DNA of 64,000 nucleotides from an uncultured Gammaproteobacteria bacterium. Lineage in GTDB: Bacteria; Patescibacteriota; Microgenomatia; Curtissbacterales; GWA2-41-24. This document shows positions 39,291 through 49,505 of this stretch, in pieces (position 1 is the stretch's first letter; each line of letters opens with the position of its first letter). The notes beneath the pieces are model-generated. The model was not told the DNA's origin and made no database searches. It worked only from the letters and a program-made list of their open reading frames with translations. The position numbers and the translations under genes are program-made. The stretch covers positions 12,468 to 76,467 of the forward strand of contig CAZBKB010000005.1 in the NCBI GenBank assembly GCA_964492425.1, read 5' to 3'.

Positions 39291-41033
39291 GTGGACAGGC
39301 TCAAAATTGTTCGGGGAATAATTTATCTTGTTACACTTGCAATAATTATCAGGCTTGTATATTGGCAATTTATAGCAGGTGTACAGTCCGCCCCAAGCCA
39401 AATCAAACAAGAAGGCAGAATTCCTGCGGCAAGAGGAGAGATTTACACATCTGATAATTTTCCGATAGTGGCCAATCAGGAAGCTTTTATCTTGTTTACT
39501 AAACCAAAAGAAATTAATATAAAACCGTCAGATATAGCCACAAAAGTTGCCCCACTTTTAATATCTGAAAAATATTCAACGATGGAAGCGGAGCTTGGTG
39601 AAGATGAGTTAGAAAAAAAAAATAAAGAAATAGAACAGCAAGAAACAAGCGTAATTCAAAAGATATCAGAAGAAAAACTTTTTTGGGTGCAGCTGGCAAG
39701 AAAAATTACGAAACAAACTAAAGAAAAGATAGAAAGTTTTAATCTTAGTGGCATCGGTTTTCAGCAAGATACAAGAAGAATATACCCAGAATCCTCCATG
39801 GCTGCACACCTTTTAGGTTTTGTTGGTTCTAACCAGTTTGGTGAAGACATGGGTTATTTTGGGTTAGAAGGTTACTACGATAATCAGCTGAGGGGCAAAG
39901 ATGGGCGTGGTGGTCAAATAGAAGATCCTCTTGGTCTCCCGATACTTGTTGCAAAGTTTGAACCTATTCCGCCCAAAAAAGGGAACTCTCTTTATTTATC
40001 AATAGACAGAGGCGCCCAATTTATTGTCGAAGATAGATTAAGGCAAGCAGTTGAAAAGTATGGAGTAAAACAAGGTGTGGTAATAATTTCTGACGTAAAA
40101 AGTGGAAAAATACTTGCTATGGCATCTTCGCCTACGTACATTCCAAACCTCTTTGCAGAATTTACAGAAGATCTGTATAGAAACCCAGCTGTAGCAGATA
40201 CGTATGAACCAGGATCAACTTTTAAACTTATAACAATGGCTTCAGCTCTAGATCAGGGTTTAGTAGAACCAAATACAAAGTGCACAGTATGCACTGGACC
40301 AAGAAGAATCGGCGGTTACGAAATATCAACATGGAACAAAAAATATTATCCTAACTCAACTATGGTCGAAGTTATCCAACATTCTGACAATATAGGCATG
40401 ACATTTGTGTCCCAAAAATTGGGGATAAATAAGTTTGTGGACTATATAACTCGGTTCGGTTTCGGGCAAAAGACTGGTGTTGATCTCCAAGACGAAGCGA
40501 GTGGTGTAATCAGGCCAGTTAGCGATTGGAAAGAAATTGATCTTGCAACAGCCTCCTTTGGTCAGGGGATTGCTGTAACACCGATACAGATGATTCAAGC
40601 TGTTCAAGCAATTGCAAATGGTGGTAGGTTAATCTCACCCAAAATAGTGAATAAAATAGTATCAGATGACAAAAAAGAGATTGTTAAACCAGAAAAAGAC
40701 ATTCAAGTTATTTCCCCTAAAACGGCTTCTCAAATAACCGAAATGATGGTCAACGCAGTTGAACAGGGAGAGGCAAAAGCATTCGCACCGCAAGGCTATA
40801 GAATTGCCGGCAAAACCGGTACAGCCCAAATTCCCGTAGCTGGCCATTACGATTCTGAAAAAACTATAGCGAGTTTCATTGGCTTTGCACCAGCAGATGA
40901 CCCTAAATTTGTCATGCTCATTAGCTTTACAGAACCCTCATCATCAGTTTTTGGCTCAGAAACTGCAGCGCCAACATTCTTTGCAATTGCTAAAGACTTG
41001 TTCAATTACTGGGGAATATCGCCAAGAGACTAA
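39291..41033 (+). CDS. ftsI: Class B penicillin-binding protein
   Basis: RGEI, EPGSTFK (SxxK), SDN, KTGTAQ. Confidence 0.9.
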   Translation: MDRLKIVRGIIYLVTLAIIIRLVYWQFIAGVQSAPSQIKQEGRIPAARGEIYTSDNFPIVANQEAFILFTKPKEINIKPSDIATKVAPLLISEKYSTMEAELGEDELEKKNKEIEQQETSVIQKISEEKLFWVQLARKITKQTKEKIESFNLSGIGFQQDTRRIYPESSMAAHLLGFVGSNQFGEDMGYFGLEGYYDNQLRGKDGRGGQIEDPLGLPILVAKFEPIPPKKGNSLYLSIDRGAQFIVEDRLRQAVEKYGVKQGVVIISDVKSGKILAMASSPTYIPNLFAEFTEDLYRNPAVADTYEPGSTFKLITMASALDQGLVEPNTKCTVCTGPRRIGGYEISTWNKKYYPNSTMVEVIQHSDNIGMTFVSQKLGINKFVDYITRFGFGQKTGVDLQDEASGVIRPVSDWKEIDLATASFGQGIAVTPIQMIQAVQAIANGGRLISPKIVNKIVSDDKKEIVKPEKDIQVISPKTASQITEMMVNAVEQGEAKAFAPQGYRIAGKTGTAQIPVAGHYDSEKTIASFIGFAPADDPKFVMLISFTEPSSSVFGSETAAPTFFAIAKDLFNYWGISPRD

Positions 41034-41053
41034 AAAAATGCTAATATAGTTCA

Positions 41054-41350
41054 ATGGATTCGTTTATAATCAATAATTTTATGGCAGTACAGAAGTTCAC
41101 TCCTCTCACATCAGTGATTATTGCGTTAATATTTATTTGGTCCATTTTTTGGAAAGGAACTGCACTTTGGCATGCGTCGCAAAATAGGGAGAAAATATGG
41201 TTTATCGCTATTATTTTATTAAATACAGGTGGTATTCTAGAGATAGCTTATTTGTTTTACTTTTCAAAAAGTAAGCTTGCTCTACGAGAGGCAAAGATTT
41301 TTGTAAAAACCTTGAGTTTTAAGAATATAAAAAAACTACTAACCTCATAA
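41054..41350 (+). CDS. Small membrane protein (DUF5652-like)
   Basis: WS..WKG.ALW.A......WF....NT.GILEI.Y. Confidence 0.7.
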   Translation: MDSFIINNFMAVQKFTPLTSVIIALIFIWSIFWKGTALWHASQNREKIWFIAIILLNTGGILEIAYLFYFSKSKLALREAKIFVKTLSFKNIKKLLTS

Positions 41351-41512
41351 CTGCAAACTAGCACTCATATATACATAAGTGACAACCACACGCAGTACGG
41401 TATTATGCCTATCTAGAGCCAAAAACACGTAATCTCTGCAACAAAAAAACAAATTAATGTGAATCATAAGCCTATAGAAATCTTTTGGCAGATTAATATA
41501 TAATTAACCTAC

Positions 41513-42721
41513 ATGTGGCAAAAGATAAAAAACGTTTACCATCTTACCCAAGCTCTGGCTGCCTCCGCCTACTTTGGGTTTCCCTCACGTCATTTAACAG
41601 TCCTTGCAGTGACTGGCACAGATGGCAAAACCACAACCATCAGTATGATTTATCACATCCTCAATTCGTCAGGTAAAAAAACCTCGATGGTTTCTTCACT
41701 TGGTGCACAGATTGCAGATGAATCAATTGACACGGGTTATCACGTTACTACACCCAATCCCTGGCAGCTGCAGAAACTTTTAAAAAAAGCACATATCAAA
41801 GGTTCAGAATATTTCATACTCGAAGCGACCTCTCATGGTTTAGACCAAAATAGATTAGCATTTATTAACATTCACATAGCAATCATTACAAATATCACAA
41901 GCGAGCACATTGATTATCATAAAAGTTGGTTAAATTATGCAAAATCTAAGTCAAAAATATTTAAAAATGTCAAGTATTCAATTTTAAATATTGATGACAG
42001 CAAATCATACAATTTTTTAAAAGACAAGACTTTTGGTAAAGTGATCACTTACTCACAAAATAGAGATGCGGATTATGACCTTAAAAAATATCCTATAAAA
42101 TTACAGGTTTTAGGTGAATACAATTTATCAAATGCACTTGCGGCGTGTGCGGCAACAAATACCCTGGGAATTCCCAAGCGAGATATCATAAGCTCTCTTA
42201 CTAAATTTTCGAGTGTAAAAGGAAGACTTGAAAAAATCGACATTGGACAAGCATTTGATACTATTGTTGATTTCGCACATACACCACACGCATTAGAGAC
42301 AGTATTAGCTGCTTTAAAAAAGACCAATCCGAAATCAAGAATTATTGCAGTCTTTGGGGCAGCTGGTGAAAGGGATGCATCTAAAAGGCCACTCATGGGT
42401 GAGATAGCAGCCAAATATGCAAATATCGTTGTTGTTACCGCAGAGGATCCAAGAAACGAAAATCCTAAGGATATCGCAGAAGATATCGCATCAGGTCTTA
42501 AAAAACATGGCAAAAAAGAGGATAAGGATTTTTTTATTGTGCTTGATCGCAGGAGTGCAATACAATTTGCAGTAAATAAAGCAAAAAAAGGTGATGTATT
42601 AGGCTTTTTTGGCAAAGGCCATGAAAAAAGCTTGTGCATCGGGAAAAAGGAGTGTCCATGGAATGAAATTCAAGAAGTAGAGAATGCAGTTAGAAAGCAA
42701 ATAAAAAATGGCAAAAACTGA
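41513..42721 (+). CDS. murE: UDP-MurNAc-tripeptide synthetase
   Basis: VTGTDGKTTT, TTP, E.TSHGL.Q.R, DFAHTP, GKGHE. Confidence 0.92.
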   Translation: MWQKIKNVYHLTQALAASAYFGFPSRHLTVLAVTGTDGKTTTISMIYHILNSSGKKTSMVSSLGAQIADESIDTGYHVTTPNPWQLQKLLKKAHIKGSEYFILEATSHGLDQNRLAFINIHIAIITNITSEHIDYHKSWLNYAKSKSKIFKNVKYSILNIDDSKSYNFLKDKTFGKVITYSQNRDADYDLKKYPIKLQVLGEYNLSNALAACAATNTLGIPKRDIISSLTKFSSVKGRLEKIDIGQAFDTIVDFAHTPHALETVLAALKKTNPKSRIIAVFGAAGERDASKRPLMGEIAAKYANIVVVTAEDPRNENPKDIAEDIASGLKKHGKKEDKDFFIVLDRRSAIQFAVNKAKKGDVLGFFGKGHEKSLCIGKKECPWNEIQEVENAVRKQIKNGKN

Positions 42722-44705
42722 TTTTTCAGCGATCATTTTGGCAGCGGGAGTAGGTAAAAGGATGAACAGTGAAAAATCCAAAGTCCTTCATAAAATTGGC
42801 ACCAAGCCTATGATCCAAAAAACTGTAGAGACGTTAGAAAATTTAGCCCCACATCAGATTATTGTTGTTGCAAATAGGGCAAATAAAGACGAGCTCAAAA
42901 GCGTTATTCCAAATACTACCATAGTTATCCAAGATAAGCCTTTGGGAACTGCAGACGCCACAGCTATTGGATTACAACAGGTCAGTCCTCCTAGCATACG
43001 AGACATTGCTGTGCTTTATGGGGACGATACAGCTTTCTATAGCCCCGAAACTATCAAACATGTGTTCAACTTCCATCAAAAATCCAAAGCTAAAATCACG
43101 TTTGTCACCATCAAAAGAGAAAATCCCGAGAGGTTGGGAAGAATCATAAGAAGTGGCGAAAAACTTTTAGGAATAATTGAGGACAAAGATGCAACTGAAG
43201 AGCAAAAGAAAATTAGAGAGGTAAACGATGGTTTGTATTTCTTTGATAAAAGTTATTTAAAGGCAAATATCCACAAACTTAAGCCATCCAGAACCACTGG
43301 TGAGCTTTATATTACCGACCTTATCGCGCTCGCGTTAGAAAACCATCAAAAAGTTGAAACGTATAAACTCGATAATGAAGCTGAATGGCATGGCATTAAT
43401 ACGCAAGTTGAACTTGCGAAAGCAAACTTTAAAATCAACAAGTCAATACATATTATGGGTATTTCTGGAGCTGGAGCTTCAGCTATTGCTGGGATTTCAA
43501 AAGCCGAAGGCTATAAGGTATCTGGGTGCGATATCAATCCTAATTCTTCATACATCGACAAGTCAGAGATAAAAATTGTCAAAGGTCACAACAAAGCTCA
43601 TCTGGATTCTATCTCTTGCCTGGTTATCTCCCCCGCTGTTGTGAAATTCAATCCAAAAAACGAGGAGGTTATCAGCGCAAAAGATAAAGGCTTATCAGTT
43701 CTAACTTGGCAGGAATTCCAAGGATCCATACTTATGGAAAATAAATTAACAATTGCAGTTGCAGGAGCATACGGAAAATCAACAACAACTGCTATGATCG
43801 GCAAACTACTTTCAGACACCGGACTCGATCCAACAATAGAAATCGGCGCAAAAATGCTCAATTGGGGTAAAAATTTCAGAGTTGGTAAATCAAAATATTA
43901 CGTCTGTGAAGCAGATGAATATAACGATAATTTTTTAAATTATAGACCCGGCATTGCTGTAGTTCTGAACGTCGATTGGGACCACCCGGACTATTTCAAG
44001 AGTCGTCAACAAGCCGAAAAATCTTTCATGTCATTTATAAACAATATTAAAGACGACGGGTATCTGATAACGACACAAGAAATTATTGAAAAGATATGTA
44101 AAAATATCAGAAAAGATATAATAATTACAAAAATATCTAAATTTTCAAATATCAATCTAAAGATTATTGGAGATTTTAGAATAGAAAATGCAAATGCCGC
44201 ACTCACACTTGCCCAAATTCTCAAAATTGATCTTGAAAAAGCCCGAAAGTCAATAAATAACTTTAGTGGATTAGGGAGAAGGCTTGAGTTTAAAGGCGAA
44301 CTAGGAGGTGTAAAGTTTTATGATGATTATGCAGTTCAGCCTTATACTGTACAGAAAACTGCAAATGCTCTAAGACAAAAATATAAAAAAAGAAAAATTA
44401 CCCTAGTGCTAGAGCCTCACACATTCACAAGAGTAAATATGTTCTTCAATGATTTTGTGCAGAAATTAAAGAATACAAATGTTGACCAGATCCTCATCAC
44501 CGACGTTTACGCAGCCAGAGAAAAGGGTAATAAAAGTAGTCTATCGAGAAAATTAGCCAACGTTATAGGCAAAAAAGCATGGTACATTGGCTCTGTCAAG
44601 GATATTGCAGATAACATAAGAAATAATATGGACCTTTTTGATGTCGTTTTAACAATGGGTGCAGGTGAGGTTTACAAAGTATATGATTTAGTTAAAAATG
44701 GATAA
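42708..44705 (+). CDS. murC: Fusion of a GlmU-like nucleotidyltransferase domain and MurC
   Basis: About 1-240 aa LAAG.GKRM.S..KVLH, LGTA, YGD; then GISGAG.S, GAYGKSTTT, EADE, DHPDY, RRLE, DDYA. Confidence 0.88.
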   Translation: MAKTDFSAIILAAGVGKRMNSEKSKVLHKIGTKPMIQKTVETLENLAPHQIIVVANRANKDELKSVIPNTTIVIQDKPLGTADATAIGLQQVSPPSIRDIAVLYGDDTAFYSPETIKHVFNFHQKSKAKITFVTIKRENPERLGRIIRSGEKLLGIIEDKDATEEQKKIREVNDGLYFFDKSYLKANIHKLKPSRTTGELYITDLIALALENHQKVETYKLDNEAEWHGINTQVELAKANFKINKSIHIMGISGAGASAIAGISKAEGYKVSGCDINPNSSYIDKSEIKIVKGHNKAHLDSISCLVISPAVVKFNPKNEEVISAKDKGLSVLTWQEFQGSILMENKLTIAVAGAYGKSTTTAMIGKLLSDTGLDPTIEIGAKMLNWGKNFRVGKSKYYVCEADEYNDNFLNYRPGIAVVLNVDWDHPDYFKSRQQAEKSFMSFINNIKDDGYLITTQEIIEKICKNIRKDIIITKISKFSNINLKIIGDFRIENANAALTLAQILKIDLEKARKSINNFSGLGRRLEFKGELGGVKFYDDYAVQPYTVQKTANALRQKYKKRKITLVLEPHTFTRVNMFFNDFVQKLKNTNVDQILITDVYAAREKGNKSSLSRKLANVIGKKAWYIGSVKDIADNIRNNMDLFDVVLTMGAGEVYKVYDLVKNG

Positions 44706-45714
44706 GTCAAAAATTGAAGAAGCTAAGAATATACTCGGCCCTTTGAGAGTTTACGAAAAAGAACCACTCTCAAAGCACACATACTTTAAAATTGGTGGTC
44801 TAGCAGATTTATTTTTTGAAGCCAAAAACACCGATGATTTTACTCTGGCTTTGGAAACTGCCTTTAGACTAAAGATACCTTTCGTTGTTTTAGGTAGTGG
44901 TGCAAATGTTTTGGTCTCCGACGAAGGCTATCCAGGCATCGTTATTAAAAATAAAACAGACGGGGTCAAGCTTGTCGGTATTAAAGGAACAATGGGCAGG
45001 GAAGGAGCTGGTATAAAAGAAGCACTTGTTTGGGTCGCATCTGGAACACTCATGAACAGGCTTGCTCGTTTTACTATCGATCAAGGCTTAGAAGGTTTGG
45101 AATTTCTGCTTTCTGTTCCCGGTACTATTGGCGGCGGCATTAAAATAAACTCTCATTATGAGGTTGAAAAAGGTGAATTTATTGGCAATTCGCTGGCAGC
45201 AGCTACACTTTTTGACCCAACAAATGGTGAAACAAAAAAGGTGGATAGAAAATATTTCGAGTTCGCCTATGACGCTTCTAAAATCCAAAAAACAGGAGAA
45301 ATTGTAATAGATGCGACTTTTAGGGTCACAAAAGCAAAAGATAAAAACGCTCTTTGGCAAAAAGCTACAAACGATGTAAAAAGACGAAACGATGAGCAAC
45401 CTATAGGGATTGCTTGTTCAGGTTGCATTTTTCAAAACATCAGCCACGATGATGCAATGAGACTTGCAACACCCAACATAACAACATCTACGGGATATAT
45501 AATACAAAGCTTAGGACTCAAAGGAACAAAAATAGGTGGTGCTCAAATATCGGAAAAACATGCTAATTATATTTTAAACATAAATGATGCTACGGCAAAC
45601 GATGTTTACAATTTGATAAACTTAATTAAACTTAAAGTGAAAAAAACATATGGCTTAGATTTAAAAGAGGAAATATTTCTTGTAGGAAAATTTGATGGCA
45701 AAGCTGTTAATTAA
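44698..45714 (+). CDS. murB: UDP-N-acetylenolpyruvoylglucosamine reductase
   Basis: HT.FKIGG.A, G.GANVL, PGT.GG, SGC.F.N, S.KHAN. Confidence 0.93.
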   Translation: MDKSKIEEAKNILGPLRVYEKEPLSKHTYFKIGGLADLFFEAKNTDDFTLALETAFRLKIPFVVLGSGANVLVSDEGYPGIVIKNKTDGVKLVGIKGTMGREGAGIKEALVWVASGTLMNRLARFTIDQGLEGLEFLLSVPGTIGGGIKINSHYEVEKGEFIGNSLAAATLFDPTNGETKKVDRKYFEFAYDASKIQKTGEIVIDATFRVTKAKDKNALWQKATNDVKRRNDEQPIGIACSGCIFQNISHDDAMRLATPNITTSTGYIIQSLGLKGTKIGGAQISEKHANYILNINDATANDVYNLINLIKLKVKKTYGLDLKEEIFLVGKFDGKAVN

Positions 45715-46948
45715 AGGTCCGGCCAAACTTTCCGGTACAATTAAAATAGCCGGTAACAAAAACTCGGTGCTTCCAATTATGGCAGCGAGTCTTCTTGCGA
45801 AAGACCCAAGCACGATTGAAAATGTGCCTCACATATCCGACGTAGCTGTGCTTGCTCAGCTGCTAAAGCTAACTGGTGTAGAAACGAGATTTCATTCAAC
45901 TTCAAAACTTACTGTCAATCCGGCAAAAGTAAAAAAAGTGGAATTTCCTAATGAATTCACAGAAAAATTAAGAGCATCTGTCATCTTGATTGCTCCAATG
46001 CTTGCCCGTATTGGCTATATAAAAATGGGATATCCAGGGGGAGACATCATAGGCAGACGTCCTCTCGATACTCATTTTCAAGTATTAGAAGCTATGGGAG
46101 CAAAAGTGAAGAAAGAAGAAGACTACTTTGAAGTTTTCGCGGATAAATTAACGGGAGCTGAAATATTTCTTCATGAAGCATCTGTAACAGCCACAGAAAA
46201 TGCCATAATTGCAGCATCGGTTGCAACTGGCCAAACAGTAATCAAACGAGCTGCTTCCGAACCTCACGTCGTAGACCTATGTGAATATTTAATAAAAATA
46301 GGAGCAAAGATTGAAGGGGTCGGGAGTAATGTTTTGAAAATAACAGGCAGCGAAAACTTTTATGGAACAACTCATTCTATCCGTCCGGATCATATAGAAG
46401 TTGGTACTTTTGCAATTTTGGCAGCTGTTACTAAAAGTAGGCTTGAATTAGTTCCTGTTATTAAAGAAGATTTGGATATGACGCTTCTAACTCTAAAAAA
46501 ATTTGGGGTTAAATACGAAATTAAGAATAATAGGCTATATATTATCCCTGCCAAATTAACTGCAATTGAAAAGGTAGTAACAGACATCTGGCCAGGTTTT
46601 CCAACAGACCTCATGGCACCAATGATAGTTTTAGCAACGCAAGCGGAAGGTGTTACTATTCTCCATGACTGGATGTATGAGTCACGGATGTTTTTTGTTG
46701 ACAAACTTCTTTCTATGGGAGCAAAAGTGGAAATAGCAGACCCGCATAGAGTATTTGTATACGGTCCAACAAAACTTCATGGCCAAAAATTAGATACGCC
46801 GGACATCCGCGCTGGCATGGCACTTGTTATTGCTGCCCTGGCAGCATCTGGAAAAAGCGAAATTGATAAAGCAGAACTTATCGAACGTGGTTACGAAAAC
46901 ATTGTCGAGCGCCTCTCTGCTTTAGGGGCAAAAGTTACGAAAATTTAA
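45695..46948 (+). CDS. murA: UDP-GlcNAc 1-carboxyvinyltransferase (Asp at the Cys115 position)
   Basis: G.KNS.LP, RAS, PGGD.IG.RP, EPHV, PGFPTD, DIRAG, RGYE. Confidence 0.95.
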   Translation: MAKLLIKGPAKLSGTIKIAGNKNSVLPIMAASLLAKDPSTIENVPHISDVAVLAQLLKLTGVETRFHSTSKLTVNPAKVKKVEFPNEFTEKLRASVILIAPMLARIGYIKMGYPGGDIIGRRPLDTHFQVLEAMGAKVKKEEDYFEVFADKLTGAEIFLHEASVTATENAIIAASVATGQTVIKRAASEPHVVDLCEYLIKIGAKIEGVGSNVLKITGSENFYGTTHSIRPDHIEVGTFAILAAVTKSRLELVPVIKEDLDMTLLTLKKFGVKYEIKNNRLYIIPAKLTAIEKVVTDIWPGFPTDLMAPMIVLATQAEGVTILHDWMYESRMFFVDKLLSMGAKVEIADPHRVFVYGPTKLHGQKLDTPDIRAGMALVIAALAASGKSEIDKAELIERGYENIVERLSALGAKVTKI

Positions 46949-47098
46949 ACTGGATGTTTTATATTGCAGTTCACCTAAGTGGTAAATCTGCCGAGGATAA
47001 AATCTCGCTGCTTACTAATTATGAAATAATTGAAGACCTCAATAAGAAAAATAGCTCTTATTCCTATTTGATAAAAAAAACAAAATTGCCAGGGTCAG

Positions 47099-48229
47099 AT
47101 GTTTGATAAACTGAAAAAAATTCTAGGAAGGACTTATTATCCTCTCAATAAAATAGAATTAAATAAAAAAAGGTTACTAAAAAATTACGATTATCTTAAG
47201 TCTCTTGACAATAATTTACAAATAGCACCTGTTGTCAAAAGCAATGCATATGGTCATGGTATAGAAGAAGTTTCAAAAATACTAGACAGTCAAAAACCGC
47301 CATTTTTTTGTGTTGATAGTCTATTTGAAGCGTATCAACTTAAAAAAGCGAAGATTAAATCACCCATACTCATTATGGGTTTCGTGGACGGAAGAAATCT
47401 TAAAGCCAGGAAACTACCTTTTTCTTTTGCGGTTTTCGATTTGGACTTTGCTAAAGCCTTAAATAAATATCAACCCGGTGCAAAGGTACATATTAAAGTT
47501 GATACTGGTATGAATCGTATAGGCGTATCGTTAAAAAGTTTAGCCAAATTTCTCTACCAAATTAAAAAATTAAAAAACCTCGAAGTCGAAGGCTTAATGT
47601 CGCACCTTTCATCCCCTAGGTCGTCCGAAAGTTATACCAACTATCAAATTGATAATTACAAAAAGGCGATCAGAATATTTGAGGATTCAGGCTTTTTCCC
47701 CAAATGGAAGCATTTAGCAGCATCAGGGGGACTTTTTAACATAAGGCCCAAAACTTTAGAAAAGATATCAAACCTGGCTCGCTGTGGAATTGCACTTTAT
47801 GGAGCAAGTGGAGAAGGCCAAACAAGGCCTGTCATTGAGCTTAAATCTCAAATAGTCCAAATTAAAAAATTAAACAAGGGAGACCTTGTTGGTTATGATC
47901 GTACGTATAAAGTCAAAGGGCCAACAACAATTGGAATTTTGCCGATAGGTTATAACGACGGGATAGACAGAAAGTTGTCCAATAACGGCTACGTTTCACA
48001 TACATATAATAAGGTAAATTGTCCAATAATTGGTAGGGTGAGTATGAATATAACAACAATAGATATCACCAAAGTTAAAAAAGCAAAAGTGGGAGACGAA
48101 ATCACTGTTATATCGTCAAAGCTAACTGACATAAACAGCATTACAAATTTAGCAATACAAATAAACACAATTCCGCACGATATATTGGTTCATTTACACC
48201 CAAAATCCATCAAAAGAATTATCGTTTAG
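47099..48229 (+). CDS. alr: Alanine racemase
   Basis: VVKSNAYGHG, KVDTGMNR.G, GYNDG, GRVSM. Confidence 0.95.
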   Translation: MFDKLKKILGRTYYPLNKIELNKKRLLKNYDYLKSLDNNLQIAPVVKSNAYGHGIEEVSKILDSQKPPFFCVDSLFEAYQLKKAKIKSPILIMGFVDGRNLKARKLPFSFAVFDLDFAKALNKYQPGAKVHIKVDTGMNRIGVSLKSLAKFLYQIKKLKNLEVEGLMSHLSSPRSSESYTNYQIDNYKKAIRIFEDSGFFPKWKHLAASGGLFNIRPKTLEKISNLARCGIALYGASGEGQTRPVIELKSQIVQIKKLNKGDLVGYDRTYKVKGPTTIGILPIGYNDGIDRKLSNNGYVSHTYNKVNCPIIGRVSMNITTIDITKVKKAKVGDEITVISSKLTDINSITNLAIQINTIPHDILVHLHPKSIKRIIV

Positions 48230-48282
48230 CCCCATAGTTTGCTTCAATCAATGATCATGGGATATAATACAACTTTGATCTT

Positions 48283-49482
48283 ATGAACCTAACGCTTTAT
48301 GAAGAAGTAAGAGGTTGGAAAGTTCCTTTTCATAAATCTAAAACAACGTTAGCAAAAAATTACCTTAGACTTCTTTCAAATGTAGAGATTATTGGAGTTG
48401 CTGGTAGTGTTGGCAAAACCATAACGCAAAACACGATCTACTCTGTTCTCTCACAAAAATACCATACGGTGGTGGGAGAAGAGAATCTGGATCCTACATT
48501 TAGAATCCCAAAAACAATTTTACAAACGAAACCGTGGCATAAATATTTAATTTTGGAATATGGTATCGAACACCCTGGAGAAATGGATTATTACACAAGT
48601 CTTGTGACTCCAAAATATGCTGTAGTAACTACAATTTCCGAAGAACATCTAAAATATTTTAAAGATTTGGAAGGAGTTTTCGAAGAAGAGTCAAAAATAG
48701 TCAAAAATTTACCAAAAAATGCCTACGCAATACTTAATGCAGATGACGCTATGACTCATAAACTGGCAACACTGACCAGGGCAACGGTCGTTTGGTATGG
48801 TCAACGTGCTAAACGCGGTGTAAAAATATCTCATTACCAACAAAACCTGCATGGTTCGAAATTTAGAATACATTACGCAGGAAACATTGCGTCGGTCCAT
48901 ACAAAAATAGTAGGTAAACATCAACTAGTGTCTGCTTATGCGGCTGCAACTATAGGTATTCTGTCAGGTTTAACTATAAAACAAATTGCCAAGGGTTTAT
49001 CCCTGGCAACTGCTCCCAATCACAGACTTAATCTTAAAATAACTGAGCATGTAAACATTATCGATGACACTTACAATTCTTCACCTAAAGCAGCCATTGA
49101 GGCAGTTAAAACCTTAACTCAACTTGGCAAAAGTAAAAAGAAAATAGTAGTTCTTGGGACAATGAGAGATTTAGGTAGTCAAACAAAAAGTGCTCATAAA
49201 AAGCTTGGTTTGCAAATATCCAAAACTAGAATAAACTATTTGCTAACCATCGGTAGAGGCGCACACGTTATTTCTCAAAGTGCCAAAAAACAGGGTTTTA
49301 AAGGCAAAATTACAAATGTTAAAAGTACTAGAGAAGCTATAAAGTTTCTCAAACCTATTGTCACAAAAAAGACTGTGGTACTTATCAAAGGGTCAAGACA
49401 CGAACACTTAGAAAGGGTGGTTCTTGGATTGCTTCATAAATCTACAGCAATTGAATGTTATCATTGTGGAAAGCTAAAATAG
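48283..49482 (+). CDS. murF: UDP-MurNAc-pentapeptide ligase
   Basis: GSVGKT, LE.G..HPGEM, DDTYNSSP, LG.M.DLG, KGSR. Confidence 0.88.
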   Translation: MNLTLYEEVRGWKVPFHKSKTTLAKNYLRLLSNVEIIGVAGSVGKTITQNTIYSVLSQKYHTVVGEENLDPTFRIPKTILQTKPWHKYLILEYGIEHPGEMDYYTSLVTPKYAVVTTISEEHLKYFKDLEGVFEEESKIVKNLPKNAYAILNADDAMTHKLATLTRATVVWYGQRAKRGVKISHYQQNLHGSKFRIHYAGNIASVHTKIVGKHQLVSAYAAATIGILSGLTIKQIAKGLSLATAPNHRLNLKITEHVNIIDDTYNSSPKAAIEAVKTLTQLGKSKKKIVVLGTMRDLGSQTKSAHKKLGLQISKTRINYLLTIGRGAHVISQSAKKQGFKGKITNVKSTREAIKFLKPIVTKKTVVLIKGSRHEHLERVVLGLLHKSTAIECYHCGKLK

Positions 49483-49505
49483 AAATAGTGTTGGGCAAAT
49501 AGTAT

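Noticed and set aside
46954-47106. 50-aa ORF between murA and alr
   Set aside because: No recognisable motif; may be a remnant or a chance ORF
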